Of a stretch of 38,945 nt of DNA, positions 1 through 8,683 are shown in pieces. Below the pieces are notes generated by a model that searched no databases, had not been told where the DNA came from, and worked only from the letters and a program-made list of their open reading frames with translations. The stretch lies in IMG/VR virus record IMGVR_UViG_2531839524_000011; one strand, given 5' to 3'. Position numbers and translations under genes: made by a program. Position 1 is the stretch's first letter. Every line of letters begins with the position of its first letter. The DNA comes from a virus. Taxonomy: Duplodnaviria; Heunggongvirae; Uroviricota; Caudoviricetes.

Positions 1-1005
1 TTAATCCCCCGTGGACACTGCGTGGACACTCACGCCACCTTTCAGCGGATTAAGGGCCACCGCATCCTGCAGGTAATCCGGTGCAAAATGTGCATATGCC
101 ATTGTTTGCTGAATGGTTGCGTGGCCAAGAATCTTCTGAAGCGCAATAATGTTTCCTCCGTTCATCACAAAATGGCTGGCGAACGTATGCCGCAGCACAT
201 GTGCAGCCTGGCCTTTTGGTAAATCGGGCTTAACTCTTTTCAGCGCCAAGCAGAATTCCCGGTACTTCACCTCAAACAAGCCGCCTGTTTCTCTGGTTTT
301 GATCGCCTCACAAACTGCCTGCGAAATTGGCACCGTTCTCTTTCGGCCATTTTTGGTTTCAAGAAACGTTACACGGTTATGAACTATCTGTTCACCACGA
401 AGCTTACAAGCTTCACTCCAGCGCGCCCCTGTGCTTAAACACAAAAGCGCAACACGCCAGTAGTCGCCATCCAGTGTATCGAGCAATAGCGCTACTTCCT
501 TCTGGGACAGGAAAGCCATTTCTCGCGGGGATACATAAAGAATGGAGATCCCCCTTACCGGATGTTCTGCATCCCAAAGGCCTATTCTTTTCAGAACAGT
601 AAACATGCCGGATAGTCGGTTCATGTACCTGTTAGCAGATGACGGTTTCAATCCAGCAGCTATCTTTTGAGAACGCCACGCGATAATTTTCAGCTTATCA
701 AGATCCACAGCCTGCATATCAGCGCCAAGCTCATTGATTATGTTGCACAGTTGTTTTCGGTCTTCTTCCGCCTTACGCCTGTGCTGGCCGTGATACATCC
801 ACCACAACTCAAGCAAATCATTTAGCGTTCGACGATCACGGTAGCCCTGTATATATTCCCGCTTTTCAGCGTTCGCCATGATGTAGCGTTCAGTGGCCAC
901 CGCTACCGATTTTTTGTCAAATACCTTACGCACGCGCTTTCCCTTGCGTCCGTTCGGCCTGATGTCCAGCAAATAACGACCATCTTCGAGCTTCTTAATC
1001 GACAT
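1..1005 (-). CDS. int: Phage integrase, tyrosine recombinase (P2 Int-like)
   Basis: 339-aa minus-strand ORF; C-terminal catalytic region HVLRHTFASHF...LGHATIQQTMAYAHF typical of tyrosine recombinases; N-terminus MSIKKLEDGRY; ATG at 1003..1005 preferred over the TTG at 1018..1020; position at prophage left end. Confidence 0.9.
   Translation of the reverse strand: MSIKKLEDGRYLLDIRPNGRKGKRVRKVFDKKSVAVATERYIMANAEKREYIQGYRDRRTLNDLLELWWMYHGQHRRKAEEDRKQLCNIINELGADMQAVDLDKLKIIAWRSQKIAAGLKPSSANRYMNRLSGMFTVLKRIGLWDAEHPVRGISILYVSPREMAFLSQKEVALLLDTLDGDYWRVALLCLSTGARWSEACKLRGEQIVHNRVTFLETKNGRKRTVPISQAVCEAIKTRETGGLFEVKYREFCLALKRVKPDLPKGQAAHVLRHTFASHFVMNGGNIIALQKILGHATIQQTMAYAHFAPDYLQDAVALNPLKGGVSVHAVSTGD
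11..29. repeat. Candidate attL core (direct repeat of 37764..37783), overlapping the int 3' end
   Basis: gtggacactgcgtggacac here versus tgtggtcactgcgtggacat at 37764..37783; shared cactgcgtggaca core. Confidence 0.35.
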
Positions 1006-1101
1006 CGCGAAGCCCTCCAATGAACCGCTCTACAATTTCTCCAGCCTCTTTCCAGCAATAATCAGACCAGACAAAAAGCAGGTCTAACCAGTTTTCTGGC
1101 C

Positions 1102-1422
1102 TCAGCGGGGTAATTTTTGTTTTGTTTCGGTTGAACTCTGATCGCCCTCCAAACTGGAGAAGCCATCAAGAGAGAGAGCCGGAGAAATTTGCCCAACCTC
1201 CGGCATCGTTTCATCTGTTGATAACCAATAAGCATACTTCTTAAATTTTGGGTGTTTCGTAACCTTAAGTAAGGCCCCCTCTGTTACTTGCTTCCCCCTC
1301 ACCTCATAGTTAGTTACCGTCCCATAAGGCAGCCCAACACAATCCGCAAACTCCTGGCGGGTCATACCTTCTGCTTCACGAATCAGGCGAAATTTTTCCC
1401 CCATGCTTGACAAAGATGCCAT
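1102..1422 (-). CDS. C: Immunity repressor, P2 C-type (HTH)
   Basis: Translation ...FADCVGLPYGTVTNYEVRGKQ...KHPKFKKYAYWLSTDETMPEVGQISPALS matches my recollection of P2 C; divergent from cox; start at ATG 1420..1422 (MASLSSMGEKF) preferred over upstream in-frame ATGs. Confidence 0.8.
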   Translation of the reverse strand: MASLSSMGEKFRLIREAEGMTRQEFADCVGLPYGTVTNYEVRGKQVTEGALLKVTKHPKFKKYAYWLSTDETMPEVGQISPALSLDGFSSLEGDQSSTETKQKLPR

Positions 1423-1536
1423 ATCGGGCATATCCTCCATCACAAACATGCCACATCGGGCACATACATAAAAAAGCTCAAATAAGCCTATATAAGCCAT
1501 TTTGAGCCATTCGAACGAATTAAGGAGATTACCACA
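1423..1536. promoter_or_regulatory. Lysis/lysogeny switch region: divergent repressor and early promoters with operators (inferred)
   Basis: Intergenic between divergent C (-) and cox (+); contains short direct repeats (agccatt twice); assignment by position only. Confidence 0.45.
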
Positions 1537-1824
1537 ATGAGCGAATCAGAGCTTGAGGGGTTCATTCAGGTAGCACCATATCCACTTGAAGCGGTGCCAT
1601 ATCAACTATTTGCCAAGATGATTGGTCGCAAAGAATCAACCGTCAGAACCATGATTGACGCTGCAAAGTTACCAACAATTGACTTTGTAAAACCAGGTTC
1701 AGTGAAGACGCGAGCATCAGAAAACTGGGTATATCTGCCAGCATTTAACGCAGGTATGCGCAAAGCATTTTTTGATCAGCCGAAAGAGCGCCGCGACGCA
1801 TGGTTGCTCTGGCTGGGTCTTTGA
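1537..1824 (+). CDS. cox: Cox-like excisionase / early-promoter regulator
   Basis: 95 aa; VPYQLFAKMIGRKESTVRTMID...NWVYLPAFNAGMRKAF...RRDAWLLWLGL resembles P2 Cox as I recall it; first gene of the rightward early operon. Confidence 0.85.
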   Translation: MSESELEGFIQVAPYPLEAVPYQLFAKMIGRKESTVRTMIDAAKLPTIDFVKPGSVKTRASENWVYLPAFNAGMRKAFFDQPKERRDAWLLWLGL

Positions 1825-1835
1825 CGAGGATTTTT

Positions 1836-2177
1836 ATGAGACAACAACGTAATTCACGCTTTCGCAATGGCGCAGAACGCCATGCTAACCGTTTCGCTAC
1901 CAGCGCATCACGTAGCAGCTCTCGCTACAGCCTGAGCGAAACACACGCAACGCCGGATGGCTACCCCGTAAAACAAATCGGCGAACACGCCTGGCTGATT
2001 GAGAAAGCTGGAATCGTGGTCCACAAATGCCCGCGTAATCCGTTTACCGGAAGCCGCATTTTTGCCCTGAGCAGCGGCGACAATCAGTTCGGACAGGATT
2101 TCACATTATACGAAGCACTACGCACGGTTGATCGTCTGCTTCGCGGGCAAAGTTTTATTAAACAGGCTGATTTATAA
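1836..2177 (+). CDS. Hypothetical early protein
   Basis: ORF with ATG at 1836 (MRQQRNSRF...); early-operon position; no recognisable motif. Confidence 0.45.
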   Translation: MRQQRNSRFRNGAERHANRFATSASRSSSRYSLSETHATPDGYPVKQIGEHAWLIEKAGIVVHKCPRNPFTGSRIFALSSGDNQFGQDFTLYEALRTVDRLLRGQSFIKQADL

Positions 2178-2187
2178 CAGGTGCTTT

Positions 2188-2475
2188 ATGACTAAAGACC
2201 ATGCACAAGGTGTATTTATCCGTTTTATTGATTTTCGCGGTGAACTGTTATTACGTGCATCCGCTATTGATGGAGTGACTACGGCGGGGAAAAACGGAGC
2301 CGACGAAGCCACTTACGTTTATCTGAACGGTACGCGACTGCTTGTGGAACTTCCGTACCAGACCGTACGAGAAATCATTAGCGAAGCTGAAAAGGCACGC
2401 CAGGTTCATGGCGATGAACCCTATATCGAAATTATTTGTATGGATTCAGAAGCTGAAATCCAGAAAGCAGATTAA
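2188..2475 (+). CDS. Hypothetical early protein
   Basis: 95-aa ORF from ATG 2188 (MTKDHAQGVF...); same-strand early operon. Confidence 0.5.
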   Translation: MTKDHAQGVFIRFIDFRGELLLRASAIDGVTTAGKNGADEATYVYLNGTRLLVELPYQTVREIISEAEKARQVHGDEPYIEIICMDSEAEIQKAD

Positions 2476-2486
2476 AGGGTGTTGCG

Positions 2487-2729
2487 ATGGGCAAAGAATA
2501 TAAAACTCTCATTAACAAAGCACTTGAGCGTTTTTATTTTCGCTTAAGCGCATCAGGCACTCATGCTGAACGTGCAGCCCGTGACTCATTGACCAGGGCA
2601 ATCCGGAGTCTGTATGACGTGGCTTTTTACGCTGATGATCTGGATGCACTTAACGAACTTTCTGAGCTTATCTGCGCCGCAGAATGCGGGGAACATATTG
2701 AACCGTATAAGCTGGGGAATATCGCATGA
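2487..2729 (+). CDS. Hypothetical early protein
   Basis: 80-aa ORF tightly packed after the preceding gene. Confidence 0.5.
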   Translation: MGKEYKTLINKALERFYFRLSASGTHAERAARDSLTRAIRSLYDVAFYADDLDALNELSELICAAECGEHIEPYKLGNIA

Positions 2730-2839
2730 GTATATTTATCTCATGGCTTGTTATGATTATTTCGGTGGCCTGCGCCATTGGGATTATGCGAATTATTCAT
2801 TCAGTAAAAAAGATCGAACGTTTTTTCACTGGTGAATAA
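2726..2839 (+). CDS. Possible small hydrophobic membrane peptide (37 aa)
   Basis: ATG at 2726 overlapping the upstream stop (ATGA); MSIFISWLVMIISVACAIGIMRIIHSVKKIERFFTGE has one predicted TM helix; below the ORF-track length cutoff. Confidence 0.3.
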   Translation: MSIFISWLVMIISVACAIGIMRIIHSVKKIERFFTGE

Positions 2840-2931
2840 CCATACAAATAAAACATCAGGTTAAATAAGAAAACGTGAAAACAATCCGCATGCGCGGAGG
2901 TATTCGCACACGTAAATAACGGAGATATAAA

Positions 2932-3342
2932 ATGAATGCAAAAGAAGAAGGTATTATCAGAGCACTGAAAGAAATTTCAAAGATGGAAAGCGAAGTGGCG
3001 AAAAAAGCCGTAGCAAATAATCATATAGACGTCGCTACCCACACAATGATAGTTGCAAAAGTCACGGCAGAAGCCGCCAAAATCATCGAAGAACAGGGTG
3101 CGGAACTTACGCTTTTCAAAACTCAACCAGTCACCGGACTGGATTTATCTAACACCGGACGCCTTATTTACACAATTGGCTCAGAGCCACAGCGATACAC
3201 CATTATCGCCGGATTACAGGACAAATACCTGATCACTCCTTACCCCATAAGGGAATCAGCGCTTCTGACAAATCTCCACCTGATAGAGCGCTCTCAGGTC
3301 GCATTCATTGATGACGCCCAACACACCGTATTTAACGCATAG
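2932..3342 (+). CDS. Hypothetical protein (136 aa) in a lower-GC stretch
   Basis: ORF with upstream aacggagat RBS-like sequence; no recognisable motif. Confidence 0.55.
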   Translation: MNAKEEGIIRALKEISKMESEVAKKAVANNHIDVATHTMIVAKVTAEAAKIIEEQGAELTLFKTQPVTGLDLSNTGRLIYTIGSEPQRYTIIAGLQDKYLITPYPIRESALLTNLHLIERSQVAFIDDAQHTVFNA

Positions 3343-3353
3343 GGTTACTGGAC

Positions 3354-3370
3354 AAAAAAAAGGGGGGGGG
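3354..3370. repeat. Homopolymeric A8-G9 tract immediately upstream of the ATG at 3373
   Basis: aaaaaaaa ggggggggg directly visible at 3354..3370; occupies the RBS/spacer of the following ORF. Confidence 0.9.
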
Positions 3371-3372
3371 CA

Positions 3373-3576
3373 ATGGCAATTAAGCATTTTCCCGTCGTTC
3401 GCTTTACCTCCAGAGGACGTGAATACGAAGTCGACGAACGCCTGATTACCACTATCGACAAACATCGTTCGGAAAAGGATGCACACCACATCTACCTCAC
3501 TGACGGCACTTACTTCTGCGCCACCAACGTGGCGCGAGTAAATCTTATCCGACAGGTACAGGAGCAGCGTAAATGA
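3373..3576 (+). CDS. Hypothetical protein (67 aa)
   Basis: ORF; stop overlaps the next start (ATGA at 3573). Confidence 0.5.
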   Translation: MAIKHFPVVRFTSRGREYEVDERLITTIDKHRSEKDAHHIYLTDGTYFCATNVARVNLIRQVQEQRK

Positions 3577-3791
3577 GCAGAAGGCGAATCACACGCAGGC
3601 ATCGCCGCACACACATGAATTCCTTACCGACGCTGAAAGAACTCATTCAACACGAGATCGCTGATTTCTGCGCAACGCTGGGGTCGCCTGGCGAACCGGA
3701 AACACCAGAAGCGATGCAGCGCGAACTCATGATGCGCATCGATAACGTTTTTGACTTTTTCCTGAATAACAAAAGAGGGCAATCAACATGA
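3573..3791 (+). CDS. Hypothetical protein (72 aa), arginine-rich N-terminus
   Basis: MSRRRITRRHRRTH...; translationally coupled to flanking genes. Confidence 0.5.
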   Translation: MSRRRITRRHRRTHMNSLPTLKELIQHEIADFCATLGSPGEPETPEAMQRELMMRIDNVFDFFLNNKRGQST

Positions 3792-3991
3792 ACAAAAAGA
3801 CTTGGTTTCGCGCATACATGTGGGCGCTGGTATGCGTCCTCATTTCTATCATTCTGTATGCAGGACTACTCCCCCGAATGATTTCATCAGACAGCTCCTT
3901 CCTGGTATTGCTGGGCATTTTCATTGCCATGCTGTACCCGGCAGGCGTTGTTCGCCTTTTCAGTAAGTACATCAAGGAAATCAAACAATGA
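3788..3991 (+). CDS. Small two-TM membrane protein (possible NfeD-like partner of the SPFH protein)
   Basis: 67 aa with two hydrophobic helices (WALVCVLISIILYAGLL and FLVLLGIFIAMLYPAGVV); 4-bp overlap with the downstream SPFH gene. Confidence 0.55.
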   Translation: MNKKTWFRAYMWALVCVLISIILYAGLLPRMISSDSSFLVLLGIFIAMLYPAGVVRLFSKYIKEIKQ

Positions 3992-4818
3992 AGAAATTCA
4001 GACTCTTTCAGATTATCCCGCTTTTTGCCGCCATCCTGCTGGTTGGTTGCGATCGCGTTGAGCCAGGTAATGTGGGCATCAAAGTCAACAAACTGGGCGA
4101 CGACAAAGGCGTCGGTGAAGTGGTTGGCGTTGGCCGCTACTGGACAGGCTGGAATACAGAGGTTTACATCTTCCCGACCTTCAAACAAATGAAGACCTAC
4201 GATGAGCCGTTCAGCTTCCAGATGAGCGACGGCACAACCATCGGCTATCACATCGGTGTGACCTACAAGGTTGATCCATCCAAAGTTACCACAGTGTTTC
4301 AGACCTACCGCAAAGGCGTGGATGACATTACCGACACTGACCTGCGCCAGAAGATCGCCGATGCACTCAACCGACTGGCCAGCAAAATGACCACCGATAA
4401 GTTTATCGACGGTGGTAAGTCTGAACTGCTGGATTCAGCACTTAAAGATATTCAGGAAGAGATGACCCCCATCGGCATTCAGGTCATGAGCCTCTCTTAT
4501 GTCGGTAAACCGGAATATCCGCCAACCGTTATCGACAGCATTAACGCCAAAGTCACGGCAAACCAGAAAACCCTGCAACGTGAACAGGAAGTCAAGCAAC
4601 GCGAAGCTGAAGCCAACATGCTGCGCGCAGAAGCTGCCGGACAGGCCGATGCCATTCGCACAAAAGCCCAGGCTGAAGCCGACGCCATTCGTTTACGCGG
4701 CGAAGCTCTGCGCCAGAATCCCGGCGTTATGGAGCTGGAAGCGATCAACAAATGGAACGGCACGCTGCCGCAATACATGACCAGTAACACCGCTGTTCCG
4801 TTCGTTCCCGTGAAGTAA
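3988..4818 (+). CDS. SPFH/band-7 (stomatin-prohibitin-flotillin-HflK/C-like) lipoprotein
   Basis: 276 aa; lipobox LLVGC after the signal peptide; band-7-like core and a C-terminal coiled-coil alanine/glutamate-rich segment (QREAEANMLRAEAAGQADAIRTKAQAEADAIRLRGEAL) typical of HflC/K-like proteins. Confidence 0.75.
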   Translation: MKKFRLFQIIPLFAAILLVGCDRVEPGNVGIKVNKLGDDKGVGEVVGVGRYWTGWNTEVYIFPTFKQMKTYDEPFSFQMSDGTTIGYHIGVTYKVDPSKVTTVFQTYRKGVDDITDTDLRQKIADALNRLASKMTTDKFIDGGKSELLDSALKDIQEEMTPIGIQVMSLSYVGKPEYPPTVIDSINAKVTANQKTLQREQEVKQREAEANMLRAEAAGQADAIRTKAQAEADAIRLRGEALRQNPGVMELEAINKWNGTLPQYMTSNTAVPFVPVK

Positions 4819-4824
4819 TTAAAT

Positions 4825-4849
4825 CCGGCCAGTGAAAACCGCTGGCCGG
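4825..4849 (+). terminator. Stem-loop after the SPFH gene (weak intrinsic terminator candidate)
   Basis: ccggccag-tgaaaaccg-ctggccgg hairpin; the T-run is displaced about 15 nt downstream. Confidence 0.4.
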
Positions 4850-5185
4850 AGCAGTATCAGGATTTTTTAGTATGCCGTTCTCACAAAAAAACCGCTTGCC
4901 ATGCCGCAATCAGTCAGGTTACATTTCCGCTGCACCTCACAAAACGGGTGCCGGGTTTCGCAGCCTGCTGACTACACAAGCGCACAACCGCGCCAGCGGT
5001 TTTTTTGTGCGTACTGTATTGCCACGTTTTTTTCGCGTCAGAATTATGGCGGGGCGTACGGGGCCGACTTCGGTCGGGCCGGGTTCTTGTGTAGCCGGGA
5101 CTGCGAACCTCGTACGTCTCGCCACCCACAGTTTCGCAGCTCTGGATGGTGAGTTTTCACAACTTACTACACAAGGGGCCACACC
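4850..5185. other. GC-rich structured non-coding interval (candidate sRNA / regulatory or replication-associated element)
   Basis: No convincing ORF with an RBS; nested hairpins including gggccgac-ttcg-gtcgggcc enclosed by gcgtacg...cgtacgt (5054..5117); terminator-like ccgcgccagcggttttttt at about 4989..5007; direct repeat actacacaag at 4970 and 5166. Confidence 0.3.
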
Positions 5186-5416
5186 ATGGCAAACCGCAAA
5201 CCACACCGCGCTATCGCGGAGCGTCGTCACATCCAGACTGAAATCAACCGCAGACTTTCCCGCGCATCACGCGTCGCGCAAATCATGCACATCAATATGT
5301 TGCATGAGCGCAGCCACGCACTATCAAACATTTATTCCGCCTCTGTTTTCAGCTATCTGGCGGATGATCTGCACGAGCTTCAACAGCTCATCCAGCAGCA
5401 AAACAAACTCCATTAA
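5186..5416 (+). CDS. Hypothetical protein (76 aa)
   Basis: ORF preceded by aagggg RBS-like sequence 7 nt upstream of the ATG. Confidence 0.45.
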   Translation: MANRKPHRAIAERRHIQTEINRRLSRASRVAQIMHINMLHERSHALSNIYSASVFSYLADDLHELQQLIQQQNKLH

Positions 5417-5488
5417 TTCCTGTTCCGGGCCTTTCCTGCACCTTGCGGCGGGAGGCCTTCGCACATCTGTAACAAGAGGATTGCCGCA

Positions 5489-5854
5489 ATGATTCTCGCC
5501 AACGACTTTCTTGAATACCTGCTCAACACAGAACGTGATCTTGCCGCCCGCGTGCGTGATCGTTATGACATGTACCTGAAATCCCTGCCTGTACCGCAGC
5601 TCGCTGACGGAAAGATTGTTATTGATGGTCGCTACATGATTGACAGCCACGAGGGAAATTACAGGCTTTACCGCATTGAAGGTGGCACCCCGTCCGTTAT
5701 TGGCATTTACCAGCGCCCATCCTCTGCAATCGTCGATGTGATTGCCGACAGCATCCGCATCACACATCGCCATGCCGACACAGAAGACACCGTGCTGGAA
5801 ATTCAGCGGCTGGCTACAGTCTGCCGCGACACCCTGAATGGCATGACGAAGTAA
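5489..5854 (+). CDS. Hypothetical protein (121 aa)
   Basis: ORF immediately upstream of gene A. Confidence 0.55.
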   Translation: MILANDFLEYLLNTERDLAARVRDRYDMYLKSLPVPQLADGKIVIDGRYMIDSHEGNYRLYRIEGGTPSVIGIYQRPSSAIVDVIADSIRITHRHADTEDTVLEIQRLATVCRDTLNGMTK

Positions 5855-5860
5855 ATCACT

Positions 5861-8683
5861 ATGACGGCAGAGTACATCAGGGACTGGCAACAACCGCGCC
5901 ACGCAGTGGGGCGTGAAGGAACGGGGATCCCCACTCCTGAATCCGCGCTTTCCTCCTGGCTGGATGCCTACCGGGCAGAGAACGAGCGCCGCCAGGAAAT
6001 GGCTGATGCGGCGTTCTCCGCCACGCCGCTGGGCAACCTGATTAATAAAAGCCTGGACGCACAGGAAAAACAGGACAAAACCATCACACTGGCAGGAGAC
6101 GCCAGAAAGCAGGCACGCGGCGCGGTGGATGAAGCCATGGCCTCGCTGCGCCTGCTGCCGTCCTATCTGCGCGATCCGCTTATTCGCCACCTCTCCTTCC
6201 TGCGCAAAAAACAGGAATCTGACCGCCAGAAAGGTAAAAAGAACCAGCAGGCTGAACGCTACGCGCGCGGGACCCTGCGCAAAATATTCGAACGTCTGGA
6301 CCGCACCGACCACCGCTGGCTGACACCGGGTTATCGCGCCCTTGCCGGACGCGAACGCCTGGATGATTTGCTTTACCTCCCGCAGCTCAACAAGCACCAG
6401 ATACAGACGCTGGCCACCATGACGGCGGCGATGTTCAGCAGCACCTTCGAAAAACTCTGCGATGGCTTTGGCGCAACCGATGGCGAGCTGACCATGGATG
6501 TAACCCTGAAGGCGTATCAGATGCTGGCCCGCATGGCGTTACACCTGCACGCCATGCCTCCACATTATGACGCACTGACAACAGACAAAGACCGGAGGAA
6601 CGAACCGGACACGGAGCTGCTGCCGGGCGCAATCCTTCGCCTGACCTGTGCGGAATGGTGGAAACGCAAACTGTGGCTGTTACGTTGCGAGTGGAGAGAA
6701 GAACAACTCCGCGCCGCCTGTCTGGTTTCCAGAAAAACATCGCCCTATCTGAGCCAGGACGCGTTAAGCGAGTTTCGCGCACAGCGCGAGAAGACACGCG
6801 ATTTCCTGAAAAGTTTCATGCTGGAAAACGAAGACGGGTTCACGATTGATCTCGAGACAGTGTATTACGCGGGAGTAAGTAACCCGGTTCACCGTAAGGC
6901 AGAAATGATGGCCACCATGAAGGGACTGGAACTTCTGGCCGAAGCCCGTGGCGACAGAGCGGTGTTTCTGACTGTCACCTGCCCGTCAAAATACCACGCC
7001 ACAACAGAGAACGGTCATCCGAATCCCAAATGGAACGGGGCCACCATGCGCGACTCCAGCGATTACCTGGTTAACACGTTTTTTGCGGCTGTCCGCAAAA
7101 AACTGAACCGCGACGGTCTGCGCTGGTATGGCATCCGCACGGTGGAGCCTCACCATGACGGCACCGTGCACTGGCATATGATGGTCTTTGCTCATCCGGA
7201 AGAAATCGACACCATTGTGTCCCACACCCGCGATATTGCCATTCAGGAAGACCGCCACGAGCTGGGCGATGACATAACTCCGCGCTTTAAGGCGGAGTAC
7301 GTCGACGGCTCAAAAGGCACACCAACCAGCTACATCGCCACCTACATCGGAAAGAACCTGGACAGCCACGCCGTGGATGGCATCGACCCGAAAACGGGCA
7401 AGCCACGCGTTGACCACGAAACCGGAAAATCAATGGCCGAGAGCGTGGAGCGCGCCATCGGCTGGGCACGCCTTCACCGGGTCCGCCAGTTCCAGTTCTT
7501 TGGCATTCCCTCCCGTCAGGTGTGGCGTGAACTCCGCCGCCTTGCCAGCCAGATAGCACGCAACCCGGAAGGCCCGCAACGGCTGAAGGATGATGCAATG
7601 GATGCGGTACTCGCTGCCGCTGATGCCGGATGTTTTGCCACCTACATTGAAAAACAGGGCGGCGTACTTGTTCCACGCAAGGACTACCTGATTCGCACCG
7701 CCTACGACCTCGCCGATGAGCTGAACGATTACGGCGAACAGAGCGTACAGATTTACGGGATCTGGTCACCACTCATCGGGGAATCCTCCCGTGTGTGCAC
7801 GCATCCGGATAACTGGAAGCTGGTAAGACGCAAACCGGAAGCGAAAGACAGCGCCCGCGAAAATGGTTTTGACCTTCAGGGCGGCCCTGCCGCCCCTTGG
7901 ACTCGTGGCAATAACTGTCCCCGTGTACAGGAAACGGACAACAACGGGACAGAACAGCCGGAAGAACGGCCAGCACCGTGGCCGCAGCTTCCTGACGGCG
8001 TTGACGTGAATGAATGGATGCGCTCACTGAAACGGCACGAACGCCGGGCGCTGATGCGTTCGCTGCGTGACAAACAGGCAAAAAACAGCAGTGATGAGAT
8101 GCAGAGCTGGACACAGAGCCGCAAACAGCCGCGGCCTTTGCCTGATAACCACGAATTACTCGCTAAAGAATGGCGGGAGTCTGCTGAATCTCTCGGCCTG
8201 CATATCGGTGAACAGCAAATGCAGCACCTGTTACGGGGCGGCAGTCTGTACGTTGACGGCAGCATCATTGCACCGCAGGGATTTGAAATTGTACGCAAAC
8301 CGGATACCCGCCCGGACAGCCGAATCACGCAGCTCTGGCTGCGCCTGAGCCGTAATCACGGCGTAAGCAGCACGGAGATCCGCCATAACCCGGTCGCCAG
8401 TTATCTGGAACAGCTAGGGGCATCAGCCCCCGAAGCCGCCGCACGCCTGGCATCCACACTTCAGCAAGACCAGAACACCATGAAAACACCCGTTACCGTG
8501 CTTTCTGACATGCTGCGCGCCATCCGCGACGCAGAGCACGCGCAGAGAATCAGTGAAACTGCTGAACGCGCCCGCCGCAAAGCAGACCTGCTGCGGGGTG
8601 GCCTGACCAGCGGAAACAAAAAACAGACAGAAACGGGATTCACAAATCCCGTAAATGAGCAAAAAACGCGCCGCGATATATGA
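5861..8683 (+). CDS. A: Rolling-circle replication initiator (P2 gpA-like HUH endonuclease)
   Basis: 940 aa; HUH motif in GTVHWHMMVFAHPEE and paired catalytic tyrosines in TPTSYIATYIGKN, as in P2 A / phiX174 A-type initiators; position after the early genes. Confidence 0.9.
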   Translation: MTAEYIRDWQQPRHAVGREGTGIPTPESALSSWLDAYRAENERRQEMADAAFSATPLGNLINKSLDAQEKQDKTITLAGDARKQARGAVDEAMASLRLLPSYLRDPLIRHLSFLRKKQESDRQKGKKNQQAERYARGTLRKIFERLDRTDHRWLTPGYRALAGRERLDDLLYLPQLNKHQIQTLATMTAAMFSSTFEKLCDGFGATDGELTMDVTLKAYQMLARMALHLHAMPPHYDALTTDKDRRNEPDTELLPGAILRLTCAEWWKRKLWLLRCEWREEQLRAACLVSRKTSPYLSQDALSEFRAQREKTRDFLKSFMLENEDGFTIDLETVYYAGVSNPVHRKAEMMATMKGLELLAEARGDRAVFLTVTCPSKYHATTENGHPNPKWNGATMRDSSDYLVNTFFAAVRKKLNRDGLRWYGIRTVEPHHDGTVHWHMMVFAHPEEIDTIVSHTRDIAIQEDRHELGDDITPRFKAEYVDGSKGTPTSYIATYIGKNLDSHAVDGIDPKTGKPRVDHETGKSMAESVERAIGWARLHRVRQFQFFGIPSRQVWRELRRLASQIARNPEGPQRLKDDAMDAVLAAADAGCFATYIEKQGGVLVPRKDYLIRTAYDLADELNDYGEQSVQIYGIWSPLIGESSRVCTHPDNWKLVRRKPEAKDSARENGFDLQGGPAAPWTRGNNCPRVQETDNNGTEQPEERPAPWPQLPDGVDVNEWMRSLKRHERRALMRSLRDKQAKNSSDEMQSWTQSRKQPRPLPDNHELLAKEWRESAESLGLHIGEQQMQHLLRGGSLYVDGSIIAPQGFEIVRKPDTRPDSRITQLWLRLSRNHGVSSTEIRHNPVASYLEQLGASAPEAAARLASTLQQDQNTMKTPVTVLSDMLRAIRDAEHAQRISETAERARRKADLLRGGLTSGNKKQTETGFTNPVNEQKTRRDI

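Noticed and set aside
5049-5122. tRNA-like cloverleaf impression in the GC-rich intergenic region
   Set aside because: Long-range stem plus internal hairpins, but no canonical D/anticodon/T-arm geometry, no GTTC T-loop motif, and no CCA-compatible 3' end; treated as a structured element, not a tRNA.
4872-5492. 206-aa plus-strand ORF spanning the structured intergenic region
   Set aside because: Ser/Arg/Thr-rich low-complexity translation, no RBS, and it overlaps a better-supported 76-aa ORF with an RBS; more likely non-coding structured DNA/RNA.
5324-6397. 357-aa minus-strand ORF
   Set aside because: Antisense to the 3' end of an early ORF and the 5' part of gene A; low-complexity, Arg/Ala-rich translation typical of a GC-rich antisense artefact; no RBS context.
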